This document shows positions 49,501 through 59,223 of a stretch of 64,000 nt of DNA, in pieces (within the stretch, counting starts at the first letter, position 1; the number at the start of each line of letters is the position of its first letter). The translations under genes were made by a program, and so were the position numbers. Source of the DNA: a virus; IMG/VR virus record IMGVR_UViG_3300021962_000074, positions 12,671 to 76,670 of that record; one strand, written 5' to 3'. The notes under the pieces are model-generated. The model saw nothing but the letters and a program-made list of their open reading frames with translations, was not told the DNA's origin and ran no database searches.

Positions 49501-50708
49501 CTGATGATCCAGATGTAGATTTATTTTCATATTCACCTTCTGTGACTGGCGTTGTACCGACACTAACCAATGCGTCTGTTAGTATCGGTTCTGGTTCACA
49601 TACAATCGCCGAAGCCACAATTAAATTCGAAGAAGTGTTTGATGGTTCTAGCGGTCTATGGAATTTCTTTATTGCTAAATTTGATTTAGATATTGCTAAT
49701 GAACACCTCAATATGCCGTCACATATGATTCATATGACAGGCAATGAAAAGGCACCAATGTATGATACTGGTGCGTTCTCTAAATTCTGGCAAATTGGCA
49801 CTATTGGAGATGCGATTGCTGACGATGGTAATTTCTTTGGTTATGATATTCTACAATATTCAGCCAATGTATTTTGGGCAGTGGGTCAGGTATCTGGAGC
49901 GATTGGTCGAGTGAATGCGCCAATCTCAGGTGCGTATGATGAAATCTTTGTACGCTTTGATGAGTCGGCTGTTCCTGGTCGTGAATTTGAGATCTATCAG
50001 TATGGACAAGATACTGACGAAGAATTATATGCAATAACTAAACTTGCGGATGGTAATCTCGCAGTAACAGGAAGAACCACAGGAACATTGGGTGGTCTCA
50101 ACGAAGGTGCATATGATGTAATTCTATCTATCTTCGACACCACAGCCAACACGGTGCGTCACTATCAGGCTGGTGGCTCTGGTAATGATCGTGGAGTCAA
50201 TCTACATGACATTGGTGGTAATCAGATTGCCATTGCATATCAGACTACAGACAACGTAGTCAACGTGGGTGCAAGTACAACCACCACTCAGGGTGGTGAT
50301 GATATTGGTATCATGGTGTTCAATTATAACACGAATACTTGGAATGTTGCATATCAAACAGGATCTGCTGCTTCTGAGATTTTAGATACCAATGGTCGTG
50401 TTTCTGCTTTATTGCCAGGAAATGTGATTGCAGTTGTAGGACATACTACTGGTATCTTTGCTGATGATGCTTTATCTAGCGCAGGTGGATCTGATATTTT
50501 TCTTGCACTGTTCAATCTAACCACTGGACAAATACAAAAATATCAGGTTGGCAGCGCAGCTGGTGATATTGGAACCTGTGTTGTTATAGACGGAGGCATG
50601 TTATTGGTAGGTGGATATACAGATGCATCTTGGACAGAACCTGAAGATGGTATTTTTGTACATTTTGATGCAACAAAAGGATTGAAAGGCGTGACAACCA
50701 TTGACTAA
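46581..50708 (+). CDS. large multi beta-propeller protein (SBBP-like repeats), putative adhesin
   Basis: Repeats AIAVDSSDYIYVGG, IKLDSSGNIYLAG, VAIDGDDNIYAIG, LAKLDSDGNMIWIK. Confidence 0.7.
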   Translation: MAAINTETIVYAANTTGTKINHPAIPGMSSGYWFTADFGSTTTKDDTIIPYRYGTELPTQSGYLSLVGTFSNISESWLGTTRYYHGSTISHIGPGVNDVTDEEETDAIMFAHIGSLALSPDDTAMYWDRFYQIQDGGDYFYYNYHLHAPNIYEDDYENGRIVFSDGNYINPDDKHYGYMIFAEADQGQNKWQSILARIHQPSVGGAHQSHLDVELPSVSNKNYIPGGILYGSSSRYHAFYLTADGSNWKVYSRTFVLSSRAFTAEVDLGSYDFADPVFVSETNVGEYPLRASCGLLSSEKIYFPVIYNGAASTYDLKIWRLDSADSLSDATLNVSTILTGSNIKPDCHMIEVDSTIYAVVGQNTGANLYSCNIETMTWTNEGQIVSNGSKALRVHGVSYQSSTRKFFVHLSGDEDVTGTYSGQGVYSFQVVYTRVDYEHFDFDVTNNGFILRAENTAGYVKYNPTNYTWYRINAIEPDPIPTGNNVFKYDYVSPQFVERNSSAGVGGEQYYYDVTVIPDGRMLFCGLTGDNEGNKGGDDFLVALYEPTEDVEQPKATYWAHGGTGPDYFTAVTQKEGANYVYLTGYSKSQLVDLNELRYHPYGRRLTIDNANTEFKDLAITSANTIVTVGTKRNTENVIVTKYTSNIGVEWSKLITGTNAQIGEAIAVDSSDYIYVGGNTTTGTTSSGGFLAKLDSDGNMIWIKTLDTSAAEYITSMAMYSDNLYIALANTTTNTHVMKLATDGTTIHWQKTIPDFSARRIKLDSSGNIYLAGDDGTESTVFKLNNSGSLTWARKTGAGSFYDVGIDGGSNVIAVGANTGNAIITQFDSTGAANWSVYANVDSQLTGVAIDGDDNIYAIGYENQIDRRDYHPVIHAMSETKNRGIFLKYNSSGTLQKQNYMWRTDPDGNLFDTNWRSCIMDHLDDHIWIAGDDLLNTEEKGANLFRLPRLGFGYGKLHKDDNFADYFEYGVYPADDPDVDLFSYSPSVTGVVPTLTNASVSIGSGSHTIAEATIKFEEVFDGSSGLWNFFIAKFDLDIANEHLNMPSHMIHMTGNEKAPMYDTGAFSKFWQIGTIGDAIADDGNFFGYDILQYSANVFWAVGQVSGAIGRVNAPISGAYDEIFVRFDESAVPGREFEIYQYGQDTDEELYAITKLADGNLAVTGRTTGTLGGLNEGAYDVILSIFDTTANTVRHYQAGGSGNDRGVNLHDIGGNQIAIAYQTTDNVVNVGASTTTTQGGDDIGIMVFNYNTNTWNVAYQTGSAASEILDTNGRVSALLPGNVIAVVGHTTGIFADDALSSAGGSDIFLALFNLTTGQIQKYQVGSAAGDIGTCVVIDGGMLLVGGYTDASWTEPEDGIFVHFDATKGLKGVTTID

Positions 50709-50714
50709 TAAATA
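50707..50714 (+). promoter_or_regulatory. late promoter-like AATAAATA
   Basis: Just before the fibre gene at 50743. Confidence 0.5.
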
Positions 50715-50742
50715 GACAGTTGATCTACTAAAGAGATAAGAA

Positions 50743-53700
50743 ATGGCATTTAATTTCCCAAGCAGCCCATCTAACGGACAAGGTTATCAGTCAGGAAGTC
50801 TAAGTTGGACTTTCGACGGTGAATCTTGGGTAGCAGATGCTGTAACAATAGCAGGTGTACAAGGTGAAGTTGGTGCACAAGGTGCAGCAGGTTCTCAAGG
50901 TGTGCAAGGTGCACAGGGTGTACAAGGATCAAAAGGTGACACTGGTGACCAAGGTGCTGCTGGTGTTCCAGGACCACAAGGTGTACAAGGCGCTCAAGGT
51001 GTACAAGGTGTGCAAGGGCAAGTTGGCGCACAAGGTGTCGTCGGTGCACAGGGTGTCCAGGGCGTTCAAGGTCCACAAGGAGTTCAAGGCGTTCAAGGTC
51101 GACAAGGTGTGGTAGGCGCACAAGGTGTGCAAGGAGTCCAAGGTCGACAAGGTGTGGTAGGCGCACAAGGTGTGCAAGGAGTCCAAGGTCGACAAGGCGT
51201 CATTGGAGCACAAGGTGTCCAAGGTGTCCAAGGACCGCAGGGTGTTCAAGGCGTTCAGGGTCCACAAGGTGTGGTCGGTGCGCAAGGCGTGCAAGGTGTT
51301 CAAGGTGTACAAGGTCCACAGGGAGTTGTGGGTGCGCAAGGTGTTCAAGGTGAACAAGGACCGCAAGGTGTCGTTGGTGCGCAAGGCGTACAAGGTGAGC
51401 AAGGACCGCAGGGAGTTGTAGGTGCTCAAGGCGTTCAAGGTGAGCAAGGTCCACAAGGCGTCATTGGTGCACAGGGTGTGCAAGGTGAACAGGGACCACA
51501 AGGCGTCATTGGCGCACAAGGCGTTCAAGGTGAACAAGGTCCACAAGGTGTCATTGGCGCACAAGGTGTTCAAGGCGAACAAGGTCCACAAGGTGTAATT
51601 GGCGCACAGGGTGTTCAAGGTGAACAAGGACCGCAGGGTGTGCAGGGAGTTCAAGGACCACAAGGAGTTGATGGTGCGCAAGGCGTCGTCGGTGCTCAAG
51701 GTGTGCAAGGTGTTCAAGGTCCACAAGGCGTACAAGGTGTACAAGGACCGCAGGGAGTTGTAGGTGCGCAGGGTGTGCAAGGTGAAGTTGGCGCACAAGG
51801 TGTCGTCGGTGCACAAGGCGTACAAGGTGAACAAGGACCGCAAGGTGTAATTGGCGCGCAAGGCGTTCAAGGTGAAGTTGGTGCACAGGGTGTAGTTGGT
51901 GCACAGGGTGTTCAAGGCGTTCAAGGACCACAGGGTGTAGTGGGTGCACAGGGTGTGCAGGGAGTTCAAGGACCACAAGGTGTTATTGGCGCACAGGGTG
52001 TTCAAGGCGAACAGGGACCACAAGGTGTCATTGGTGCTCAAGGCGTCCAAGGCGTTCAAGGTCCACAGGGTGTCATTGGTGCTCAAGGTGTTCAAGGTGA
52101 ACAAGGACCACAAGGTGTACAGGGAGTCCAAGGACCGCAAGGTGTGGTGGGTGCACAAGGTGTACAGGGAGTTCAAGGTCCACAGGGAGTTATTGGTGCT
52201 CAGGGCGTACAGGGAGTCCAAGGACCGCAAGGCGTTGTCGGAGCGCAAGGTGTTCAAGGTGAACAAGGACCGCAAGGTGTCGTTGGTGCGCAAGGTGTTC
52301 AAGGCGAACAGGGACCACAAGGCGTTCAAGGCGTTCAGGGTCCACAAGGTGTCGTCGGTGCTCAAGGCGTCCAAGGCGTTCAAGGTCCACAAGGCGTCAT
52401 TGGTGCGCAAGGTGTACAAGGTGTCCAAGGTCCACAAGGTGTAATTGGCGCACAAGGCGTTCAAGGTGTTCAAGGTCCGCAGGGAGTTATTGGCGCACAA
52501 GGTGTTCAAGGTGAACAAGGTCCGCAAGGCGTTCAAGGTGTTCAAGGTCCGCAAGGAGTTATTGGCGCACAAGGTGTGCAGGGAGTTCAAGGTCCACAAG
52601 GAGTTGTTGGTGCTCAAGGTGTGCAAGGTGTTCAAGGTCCGCAAGGAGTTGAAGGTGCTCAAGGTGTTGTAGGTGCTCAAGGTGTACAGGGTGTACAAGG
52701 ACCACAAGGTGTCCAAGGTGTACAAGGACCGCAAGGAGTTGATGGAGCGCAAGGTGTTGTAGGTGCTCAAGGTGTACAAGGTGTTCAGGGTCCACAAGGC
52801 GTTCAAGGACAAGTTGGTGCACAAGGTGTACAGGGTGTTATTGGAGATCGCTACGCTACAACTAGCACTACCTCTGATACCATTGGAACTGGTAGCACAA
52901 CTATAACAGTTGAAACTGGTCTTGCTTATACTGATGCGCAGACAGTTCGTATCGTGTATGATGAAAATAATTACATGGAAGGAACTGTCACTGACTATAA
53001 TCCAGCAAATGGATCGTTGACTGTAAATGTTACCAGCACACTAGGAAGTGGTACATACGCTGTATGGACAGTAAATCTTGCAGGTGCTGCAGGTTCTCCT
53101 GGTCCGCAAGGTCCGCAAGGTGTACAGGGTGTTCAAGGACCACAAGGTGTCCAAGGTGTTCAGGGACCACAGGGTGTTGATGGAGCACAAGGTGTCGTCG
53201 GTGCTCAAGGTGCACAAGGTGTCCAAGGTGTTCAGGGACCACAGGGTATTGATGGTGCACAAGGTGTTGTAGGTGCTCAAGGTGTACAGGGTGTACAGGG
53301 ACCACAAGGCGTTCAAGGCGTACAAGGTCCACAAGGCGTTGTCGGAGCACAAGGCGTTCAAGGCGTACAAGGTCCACAAGGCGTAGTTGGCGCACAGGGT
53401 GTCCAAGGTGAAGTCGGTGCTCAGGGTGTCGTCGGTGCACAAGGCGTACAAGGTGTTCAGGGTCCACAGGGTGTCATTGGTGCGCAAGGTGTACAAGGTG
53501 TTCAGGGACCACAAGGTGTCGTCGGTGCACAAGGTGTCCAAGGTGTTCAAGGTCCACAAGGTGTTGTAGGTGCGCAGGGTGTACAGGGTGTGCAAGGTCC
53601 GCAAGGCGTTATTGGTGCACAAGGTGTACAAGGCGTTCAAGGTCCACAAGGTGTTGTAGGTGCTCAAGGTGTACAGGGTGTACAAGGTCCACAAGGCGTC

Positions 53701-55878
53701 ATTGGCGCACAAGGTGTAGTGGGTGCACAAGGCGTTCAAGGTGAACAAGGACCACAAGGTGTAATTGGCGCACAAGGTGTACAGGGAGTTCAAGGACCGC
53801 AAGGTGTAGTCGGTGCTCAAGGTGTCCAAGGTGTCCAAGGACCGCAAGGCGTTGTGGGTGCACAAGGTGTCCAAGGTGTCCAAGGACCGCAAGGTGTTAT
53901 TGGCGCACAAGGTGTACAGGGAGTTCAAGGTCCGCAAGGTGTTATTGGTGCGCAAGGTGTTCAAGGTGTTCAAGGTCCGCAAGGAGTTATTGGCGCACAA
54001 GGTGTGCAGGGAGTTCAAGGACCGCAGGGAGTTGTAGGTGCGCAAGGCGTTCAAGGCGTTCAAGGTCCACAAGGTGTTGTAGGTGCTCAAGGTGTACAGG
54101 GTGTACAAGGTCCACAAGGCGTCATTGGCGCACAAGGTGTCCAAGGCGAGCAAGGACCACAAGGTGTCGTCGGTGCGCAAGGCGTACAAGGTGTCCAAGG
54201 TCCACAAGGTGTAATCGGCGCACAGGGTGTCCAAGGTGTACAAGGTCCGCAAGGCGTAGTAGGGGCGCAGGGTGTACAAGGTGTCCAAGGTCCACAAGGT
54301 GTGGTGGGCTCACAGGGTGTCCAAGGTGCTGCTGGTCCTCAAGGATTTGATGTTTCAGCCAACACTGGATCTACTGTTCTTGCTAGTGGAATCAATTTCA
54401 ATAATACTGCCAGCGTTACTGTACTTGTAGAATCTGGTATTGATGGTAACGCTAATGTATCATTCACCTCTGGTGGTGGTGACGGAAATGCAAATCTAAC
54501 TGTACAAGATACCACACCAACTGGCGGTAGAGCAAATCAAGATCTATGGTGGGATAGTGTATCTGGTCAGCTGAAAATCTATTATAATGATGGTGACAGC
54601 ACTCAATGGGTTGATGCGTTTATTTCTAATCCAGGACCACAAGGTACACAAGGTGTTCAAGGTGTTCAGGGTCCACAAGGTGTGGTCGGTGCACAAGGTG
54701 CTCAAGGTGTCCAAGGTGTACAAGGACCGCAGGGTGTTGATGGAGCACAAGGTGTTCAAGGCGTTCAGGGTCCACAAGGTGTGGTCGGTGCGCAAGGTGT
54801 TCAAGGCGTACAGGGTCCACAAGGTGTATTGGGTGCACAAGGTGTTCAAGGTGTCCAAGGTGTACAAGGACCACAAGGAGTTGAAGGTGCGCAAGGCGTC
54901 GTAGGTGCTCAAGGTGTACAGGGTGTCCAAGGTGTGCAAGGACCACAAGGAGTTGATGGTGCACAAGGTGTCGTTGGCGCACAAGGCGTTCAAGGTGTCC
55001 AAGGTGTACAAGGACCGCAGGGTGTTGATGGAGCACAAGGTGTTCAAGGTGCAACTGGTCTAACAGGTTCTTCAGGTATTCCATACACTTGGGAGTCTAC
55101 AACTTCTGCTGGTGGCACTAACGTCGGTGATTTAAGATATAACAATGGAACTATTGGATCGGTAGACACAATTTACATTGGTCAGTCAGACAGTAATGCT
55201 GTTGATCAAGCTGCTTGGTTTGATAGTTGGGATGACACAAATCCAACTGGTGTGTTTGGATACATGGTCATTCGCCATCCAAATGGTGATAATATTTTTG
55301 AAGTTACTGCGTTTACGGATAGTGGTAACTATTACACAATAAGTGTAAATTACATTTCTGGATCGCTACCAACAGATTTAGATCCTGTATATGTTGCATT
55401 CTCTAGAACTGGTAATGTTGGTGCGCAGGGTGTACAAGGTGTGCAAGGTCCACAAGGTGTTGCGGGTGCGCAAGGTGCGCAGGGCGTCCAAGGTTTAGGT
55501 GGACCAAGAACTCTAAACTTTGCAATTGATGGTGGTGGTTCAACAATTACCACTGGTGCTTCTGCGTCAGCTCAATCTAAGGGATTGGTGCAGTGCACCT
55601 TTGATGCTACAATCACTGGCTGGTCTATTTTTGCGGATACTTCAGGAAGTGTTATTGTTGATGTCTACAAAGCGACTTATGCTAACTTCCCAACTATGAC
55701 ATTGATTTCTGGCACTGAACCACCAAGACTAGCAAGTGCGCAGAAAAATACTGACTCAACCATTTCAGGTACATGGGGCAGCGTAACTATTTCTGACGGT
55801 GATATTCTAGAGTTCCGAGTCAACAGCGCAGCAACACCAGACGTTACTCGTGTAACTGTATCACTTGATCTAGGATAA
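50743..55878 (+). CDS. giant collagen-like fibre (1711 aa)
   Basis: About 1250 aa Gly-X-Y; shares globular modules with 40748-45250. Confidence 0.9.
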   Translation: MAFNFPSSPSNGQGYQSGSLSWTFDGESWVADAVTIAGVQGEVGAQGAAGSQGVQGAQGVQGSKGDTGDQGAAGVPGPQGVQGAQGVQGVQGQVGAQGVVGAQGVQGVQGPQGVQGVQGRQGVVGAQGVQGVQGRQGVVGAQGVQGVQGRQGVIGAQGVQGVQGPQGVQGVQGPQGVVGAQGVQGVQGVQGPQGVVGAQGVQGEQGPQGVVGAQGVQGEQGPQGVVGAQGVQGEQGPQGVIGAQGVQGEQGPQGVIGAQGVQGEQGPQGVIGAQGVQGEQGPQGVIGAQGVQGEQGPQGVQGVQGPQGVDGAQGVVGAQGVQGVQGPQGVQGVQGPQGVVGAQGVQGEVGAQGVVGAQGVQGEQGPQGVIGAQGVQGEVGAQGVVGAQGVQGVQGPQGVVGAQGVQGVQGPQGVIGAQGVQGEQGPQGVIGAQGVQGVQGPQGVIGAQGVQGEQGPQGVQGVQGPQGVVGAQGVQGVQGPQGVIGAQGVQGVQGPQGVVGAQGVQGEQGPQGVVGAQGVQGEQGPQGVQGVQGPQGVVGAQGVQGVQGPQGVIGAQGVQGVQGPQGVIGAQGVQGVQGPQGVIGAQGVQGEQGPQGVQGVQGPQGVIGAQGVQGVQGPQGVVGAQGVQGVQGPQGVEGAQGVVGAQGVQGVQGPQGVQGVQGPQGVDGAQGVVGAQGVQGVQGPQGVQGQVGAQGVQGVIGDRYATTSTTSDTIGTGSTTITVETGLAYTDAQTVRIVYDENNYMEGTVTDYNPANGSLTVNVTSTLGSGTYAVWTVNLAGAAGSPGPQGPQGVQGVQGPQGVQGVQGPQGVDGAQGVVGAQGAQGVQGVQGPQGIDGAQGVVGAQGVQGVQGPQGVQGVQGPQGVVGAQGVQGVQGPQGVVGAQGVQGEVGAQGVVGAQGVQGVQGPQGVIGAQGVQGVQGPQGVVGAQGVQGVQGPQGVVGAQGVQGVQGPQGVIGAQGVQGVQGPQGVVGAQGVQGVQGPQGVIGAQGVVGAQGVQGEQGPQGVIGAQGVQGVQGPQGVVGAQGVQGVQGPQGVVGAQGVQGVQGPQGVIGAQGVQGVQGPQGVIGAQGVQGVQGPQGVIGAQGVQGVQGPQGVVGAQGVQGVQGPQGVVGAQGVQGVQGPQGVIGAQGVQGEQGPQGVVGAQGVQGVQGPQGVIGAQGVQGVQGPQGVVGAQGVQGVQGPQGVVGSQGVQGAAGPQGFDVSANTGSTVLASGINFNNTASVTVLVESGIDGNANVSFTSGGGDGNANLTVQDTTPTGGRANQDLWWDSVSGQLKIYYNDGDSTQWVDAFISNPGPQGTQGVQGVQGPQGVVGAQGAQGVQGVQGPQGVDGAQGVQGVQGPQGVVGAQGVQGVQGPQGVLGAQGVQGVQGVQGPQGVEGAQGVVGAQGVQGVQGVQGPQGVDGAQGVVGAQGVQGVQGVQGPQGVDGAQGVQGATGLTGSSGIPYTWESTTSAGGTNVGDLRYNNGTIGSVDTIYIGQSDSNAVDQAAWFDSWDDTNPTGVFGYMVIRHPNGDNIFEVTAFTDSGNYYTISVNYISGSLPTDLDPVYVAFSRTGNVGAQGVQGVQGPQGVAGAQGAQGVQGLGGPRTLNFAIDGGGSTITTGASASAQSKGLVQCTFDATITGWSIFADTSGSVIVDVYKATYANFPTMTLISGTEPPRLASAQKNTDSTISGTWGSVTISDGDILEFRVNSAATPDVTRVTVSLDLG

Positions 55879-55882
55879 TCCT

Positions 55883-56074
55883 ATGTCGCATTGGATAAAT
55901 TGGAATGACGAAAATCCTTTGACTGGATCTCAGTTTTGGATCAAAGACGAACTGGGTGTGATGAATCCTAATCGTGCATATGTAGAAAATAACATTGTCT
56001 ATCTTGCATTAGACGGTGAAGATGAAGAATACACAGGGCAAATATCCGAATGGGCTTATGAGTTAGGTGATTAG
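55883..56074 (+). CDS. small acidic hypothetical protein
   Basis: 63 aa, AGGA RBS, fills the gap between fibre and tip genes. Confidence 0.55.
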   Translation: MSHWINWNDENPLTGSQFWIKDELGVMNPNRAYVENNIVYLALDGEDEEYTGQISEWAYELGD

Positions 56075-56076
56075 AT

Positions 56077-56814
56077 ATGGCAATTTCACTCGTTGATTGG
56101 GGACCGATCAATACCTCTGGTGGTAATCAAAACTTTCAGAACTCTGGTGGTGCAGTAACACCTGCGCTTCCTTCTGGTATACAAGCAGGAGATTTGATTG
56201 TATTGTTTTGTGGAAACAACGACGGTACAAATGCAACTGGATTTACTGCTACAGGATATACTCAAGTTGTAACAACTGGCGGAACTTGTCGTGTTTCTTT
56301 TCTAACTAAAGTTGCAAGTAGTGGTGGCGAATCAAATCCAACAGTAAGCACCTCTGGCTCTGGATTGACCAACGATCCAAGCATGGTTCTAGTTGGCGTG
56401 TTTCGCGGTGTTGATACTACTGCTGGAGTATACTTATCTAATACTAGAAATACAACCGTTGGTACAATATTCGAATATCCTGCTTTGGATTACGGTGGTC
56501 TCCCTCCAGCAATTGGATTTGAATATGACGCATTAACAGTTGTTTGTTCTTTCCGACCAAATGACTATAACCAAGCACCTGCAGGAGCTGGTGGATATTC
56601 TATCATTAACACCGAGACAGCACTTGGTTCTGACTCATCCATTGTTGCTGCATATCAAATAGAAACTGGTCAGGCACCTTCTACGTTAGGACAAGGCGAT
56701 TTTGGTGGAACAGCGGCTGGTGGTGGTACGACAGGATCTACTAGCGTATTGGCTTTGTATCAAGGCGCTGCAGTAGCCACCAAGCCACCCTATTTTCAAG
56801 TCGTGTTGATATAA
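56077..56814 (+). CDS. putative fibre-tip protein
   Basis: PSGIQAGDLIVL motif shared with 57544-59172. Confidence 0.6.
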   Translation: MAISLVDWGPINTSGGNQNFQNSGGAVTPALPSGIQAGDLIVLFCGNNDGTNATGFTATGYTQVVTTGGTCRVSFLTKVASSGGESNPTVSTSGSGLTNDPSMVLVGVFRGVDTTAGVYLSNTRNTTVGTIFEYPALDYGGLPPAIGFEYDALTVVCSFRPNDYNQAPAGAGGYSIINTETALGSDSSIVAAYQIETGQAPSTLGQGDFGGTAAGGGTTGSTSVLALYQGAAVATKPPYFQVVLI

Positions 56815-56820
56815 TAAATA
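56813..56820 (+). promoter_or_regulatory. late promoter-like AATAAATA
   Basis: Just before the gene at 56846. Confidence 0.5.
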
Positions 56821-56845
56821 GAAAGAGTTTACAGAGAGAACTATA

Positions 56846-57535
56846 ATGGCACTAGATTTTCCAACATCACCAGTAAACGGACAAGGATATCAAGGATCCT
56901 CAGGAGCTGTGTGGATCTACGATAGCACCAGCGGATCTTGGAAGAGCCAACTATATGTTGGATCACAAGGTGTGCAGGGTTCTATTGGTGTTCAAGGTGT
57001 TCAGGGCATTGCTGGTGCGCAAGGTGCATCTGGAGTTCCTTCTGGTGCAGTCATTGTTTGTAAACCTGAATCAGCATCTTTCCCAACATCAAACCCTGCG
57101 CAATTCAAAACTGTAGCGGGAACTAACTTCCCAGTAGAATCTCTAGCCTTTGATGCGGCAACAGAAGAAACATGTTACTTTAAGTTTGTAGCAATCAATT
57201 ACGTTTCTGGAAACATTACAGTCACCGTGCGTTGGTATGCTGATACTGCATCTTCGGGTGATGTAGTCTGGGGCGCATCACTTGCGGCGATTACACCAAA
57301 CACTGATACGCAAGATATAGAAACTAAAGCCTTTGGTACAGAAGCAACTGCTACAGATAGTCATCTAGGAACAACAGGACAAAGACTACATAGCGTTGAT
57401 ATAACTGTTACATCATTAGACAGCATTGCTGGAAATGATTATGCTGTAGTAAAACTTGCAAGAAAAGCAGCAAGCGGATCAGATACAATGGCTGGAGATG
57501 CTTTAGCGGTTGAAGTATTGATAACTTATACATAA
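56846..57535 (+). CDS. short collagen-like connector fibre
   Basis: MALDFPTSPVNGQGY..W.YD...W motif, about 9 GXY triplets, C-terminal beta domain. Confidence 0.7.
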   Translation: MALDFPTSPVNGQGYQGSSGAVWIYDSTSGSWKSQLYVGSQGVQGSIGVQGVQGIAGAQGASGVPSGAVIVCKPESASFPTSNPAQFKTVAGTNFPVESLAFDAATEETCYFKFVAINYVSGNITVTVRWYADTASSGDVVWGASLAAITPNTDTQDIETKAFGTEATATDSHLGTTGQRLHSVDITVTSLDSIAGNDYAVVKLARKAASGSDTMAGDALAVEVLITYT

Positions 57536-57543
57536 GGTGATTC

Positions 57544-59172
57544 ATGGCTATTACTTTCGTTGGATCAGCAGTCAACGCAGCAGATACAGCAACAGCCAGC
57601 TGGTCTGGGTCAACTAACACAGCAATTGCAATACCGCAGCCAAGTGGAATGCAGGCTGGTGATTTGTTATTAGTTATTTGTAATTATCGCGATTCAAATG
57701 CAAACTTTTTGCCTGCATTCGCCAGCACAGGTAGTGAAGATTGGAAAACTGAATTTAAAGCGGCTAGTTCTGCTATAAACGCACAAAATAAATTTCTACA
57801 ATCATGGTGTCATTATAGTGGGAGTTGGGGTAATCCTACTTTATTCATACGCGATAATCAATTAGATACCGCATGTGCTACTACTAACGGAATTATTGTA
57901 GCATCATTTGCTTTTCGTGCCAGCGTTTCTGGTCATAAACTTTATCAAGAAACTTTGTCGCAAATGTGGAGTCTAGTTGCTACTCCAACTGGTCCTCCAT
58001 ATGATGTAAGTACAACAGCAGGAGATTTTAGTGGTGGTCATGAATCTAGAAAAAGTCCAGAGGCAAACACTGTTGGATTGTATATTTTTGTTGCTAATGA
58101 TGATGTTGATTGGACTTTTCAAACTTCTGGTTGGACTAGCGCATTTTCAGGCACTGATCAAATTAGAAGAAATTCGCTCGCCAGCTTAACAACACATTAT
58201 CAAATAAAGAATGATGGAACTGCTTTTGCGAATGTAACGAATCAACAAGATTCAACAATAGGTCCCGATAACACGCAATATTCGTTTATTTCTTTTTCAG
58301 AAAGACCAGATTCAGATTTCACTGATCTACCAGGATCTACTTCTAGATATTTTCAAGGAAGTTTGGGTGGTGATGCAACAGGTCAACTAGATCAATTTTC
58401 AGTAACTAATGCTGCAAGATCTCAATTCAATACTGATTGGGTATTTTCTGGTACGGGAGCGTCTTTAGGAATGTGGGTTTATTTTCGTTCCTTTACTGCA
58501 AATGAAGATCCTAGACTTTGGGTGCGTCATCGCACAGATCGAACTCCCATAACTGGCACTAGATATGAGGGTGGTGCTAACGATATTGATTATTCCTGGA
58601 TGATTGGAGTTGACGGACCTAGTTCGGGATTACCTTATCCAAAACTACGCATGCGTTGGAATAATAGTGCAGTTACTACATTTGCTAGCACCACATCTGG
58701 TCAATTTTTACAAGGTCAGTGGCAATATGTACTATGCACATTTAATCGTACTGCAGGTACAACTGCTGCTTATTTGGATGGTACTTCTGTAACCCTCAGT
58801 AACCCAACAGGATACAGCACAGCAGCCTGGGATACTACTAATCCGCATAAAGTGGTTATCGGCAACAATGCACCATTCGATGTTCCTAACACGGTTAGAG
58901 ACACTTCAGGAGATTGTTACATTGCTCATCCTGCTGCATGGGATAAAATACTTACTGCTGATGAGGCTGTAGCGTTGTTCAATGGAGCAGATGCTAGATC
59001 TATACAAGGTGATTCTTTGATTTTCTATGTGCCAGATATGGGCGCAAATTCAACAACAGACCGCGATATCATTGGCGGAAGAACTTCTACTGTGTATAAT
59101 GCTCCTGGTAGAGCATTTGGTCCGCCAAAATTTAAGAAAAGATCTGCTGCAGCGTATATCAGCACATATTAG
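57544..59172 (+). CDS. LamG/concanavalin A-like lectin domain protein, putative receptor-binding
   Basis: SLGMWVY...GQWQYVLCTF......AYLDG...IG......WDKILTADE. Confidence 0.7.
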   Translation: MAITFVGSAVNAADTATASWSGSTNTAIAIPQPSGMQAGDLLLVICNYRDSNANFLPAFASTGSEDWKTEFKAASSAINAQNKFLQSWCHYSGSWGNPTLFIRDNQLDTACATTNGIIVASFAFRASVSGHKLYQETLSQMWSLVATPTGPPYDVSTTAGDFSGGHESRKSPEANTVGLYIFVANDDVDWTFQTSGWTSAFSGTDQIRRNSLASLTTHYQIKNDGTAFANVTNQQDSTIGPDNTQYSFISFSERPDSDFTDLPGSTSRYFQGSLGGDATGQLDQFSVTNAARSQFNTDWVFSGTGASLGMWVYFRSFTANEDPRLWVRHRTDRTPITGTRYEGGANDIDYSWMIGVDGPSSGLPYPKLRMRWNNSAVTTFASTTSGQFLQGQWQYVLCTFNRTAGTTAAYLDGTSVTLSNPTGYSTAAWDTTNPHKVVIGNNAPFDVPNTVRDTSGDCYIAHPAAWDKILTADEAVALFNGADARSIQGDSLIFYVPDMGANSTTDRDIIGGRTSTVYNAPGRAFGPPKFKKRSAAAYISTY

Positions 59173-59188
59173 GATAAGAATAGTTTCA

Positions 59189-59196
59189 TATAAATA
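59189..59196 (+). promoter_or_regulatory. T4-type late promoter
   Basis: Intergenic TATAAATA before 59224. Confidence 0.65.
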
Positions 59197-59223
59197 CTGT
59201 ATTGATACATAATTAGGTGTAAA

